Shown: in pieces, positions 36,096-36,307 of the stretch | Position numbering within the stretch: the first letter of the stretch is position 1 | How the letters are laid out: each line of letters opens with the position of its first letter | Source of the DNA: Eubacteriales bacterium | GTDB lineage: Bacteria; Bacillota; Clostridia; Oscillospirales; CAG-382 | DNA: 36,307 nucleotides | NCBI GenBank assembly: GCA_045649365.1 | Contig: JAZRPU010000060.1 | Coordinates: forward strand, 1-36,307 | Direction: 5' to 3' | Notes under the pieces: model-generated | Seen by the model: the letters and a program-made list of their open reading frames with translations, nothing else | The model's database searches: none | What the model was told of the DNA's origin: nothing | Made by a program: the position numbers and the translations under genes

Positions 36096-36307
36096 ATGAA
36101 ATACATTTTTAGCTTTTTCATGATTTTTTTAATGACCTTTTTTTCTTCAACAGCCTGTGAGCAAAGAGTTGATATTGGCGAGGGTGATTTATCATCAAAA
36201 GAAAGTGTGGATGTGTGGGAGGATTCAAGCTCGTTTGAAGAGATAGTAATTAAAGATGAAGAAGGTTACAAGCAATATCTGAAGGTTTGCGAAATTGACA
36301 GCGTTCT
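36096..36307 (+). CDS. Putative lipoprotein, 3'-truncated by the window edge
   Basis: ATG after GGGGGAG. MKYIFSFFMIFLMTFFSSTACEQ… has a signal peptide with a lipobox-like STAC. The frame is open to the end of the window. Confidence 0.6.
   Translation, partial: MKYIFSFFMIFLMTFFSSTACEQRVDIGEGDLSSKESVDVWEDSSSFEEIVIKDEEGYKQYLKVCEIDSV

Noticed and set aside
1-36307. CRISPR arrays, transposases, integrases or prophage structural genes
   Set aside because: I saw no regularly spaced repeat-spacer pattern and no ORF with recombinase or transposase motifs. The only mobility hints are the tRNA 3'-end duplication and the hairpin-motif pair reported above.

Overview
Low-GC Firmicutes (Clostridia-like, endospore-forming) chromosomal window; all calls were made by eye from the sequence and the ORF track. 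Most of it is housekeeping. It holds a potABCD polyamine ABC transporter, two divergent tRNA-Glu genes with near-consensus promoters, and an AI-2E/YtvI-like permease. It also holds a phosphoglucomutase-family mutase, a minus-strand block (P-loop ATPase, cytidylate-kinase-like protein, D-2-hydroxyacid dehydrogenase), a GlmU-N-like nucleotidyltransferase and typA. A long + strand run follows: murQ-metF-radical SAM(TIGR03960-like)-[two small paralogs]-TIGR03936-like-rqcH-nfo-recG-dusB, then spo0A and Ser/Glu-rich lipoproteins. Accessory-looking parts are an ECF sigma/anti-sigma pair beside a gene fragment, bracketed by a repeated hairpin motif. Others are a membrane-anchored XRE regulator with a palindromic operator and two tiny membrane proteins, an XRE/SLOG(DUF1273-like) divergent pair, and an orphan acidic small peptide. 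The two items I rate highest follow. (1) A tandem pair of ~100-aa paralogs has near-identical 5' ends and diverged 3' ends, and sits between the two halves of a conserved radical-SAM gene pair of unknown function. (2) A 59-bp exact duplication of the tRNA-Glu 3' end plus terminator encloses a 96-bp GC-rich, strongly self-complementary insert. No CRISPR array, transposase or integrase was seen. Family names come from recalled motifs, not from searches.
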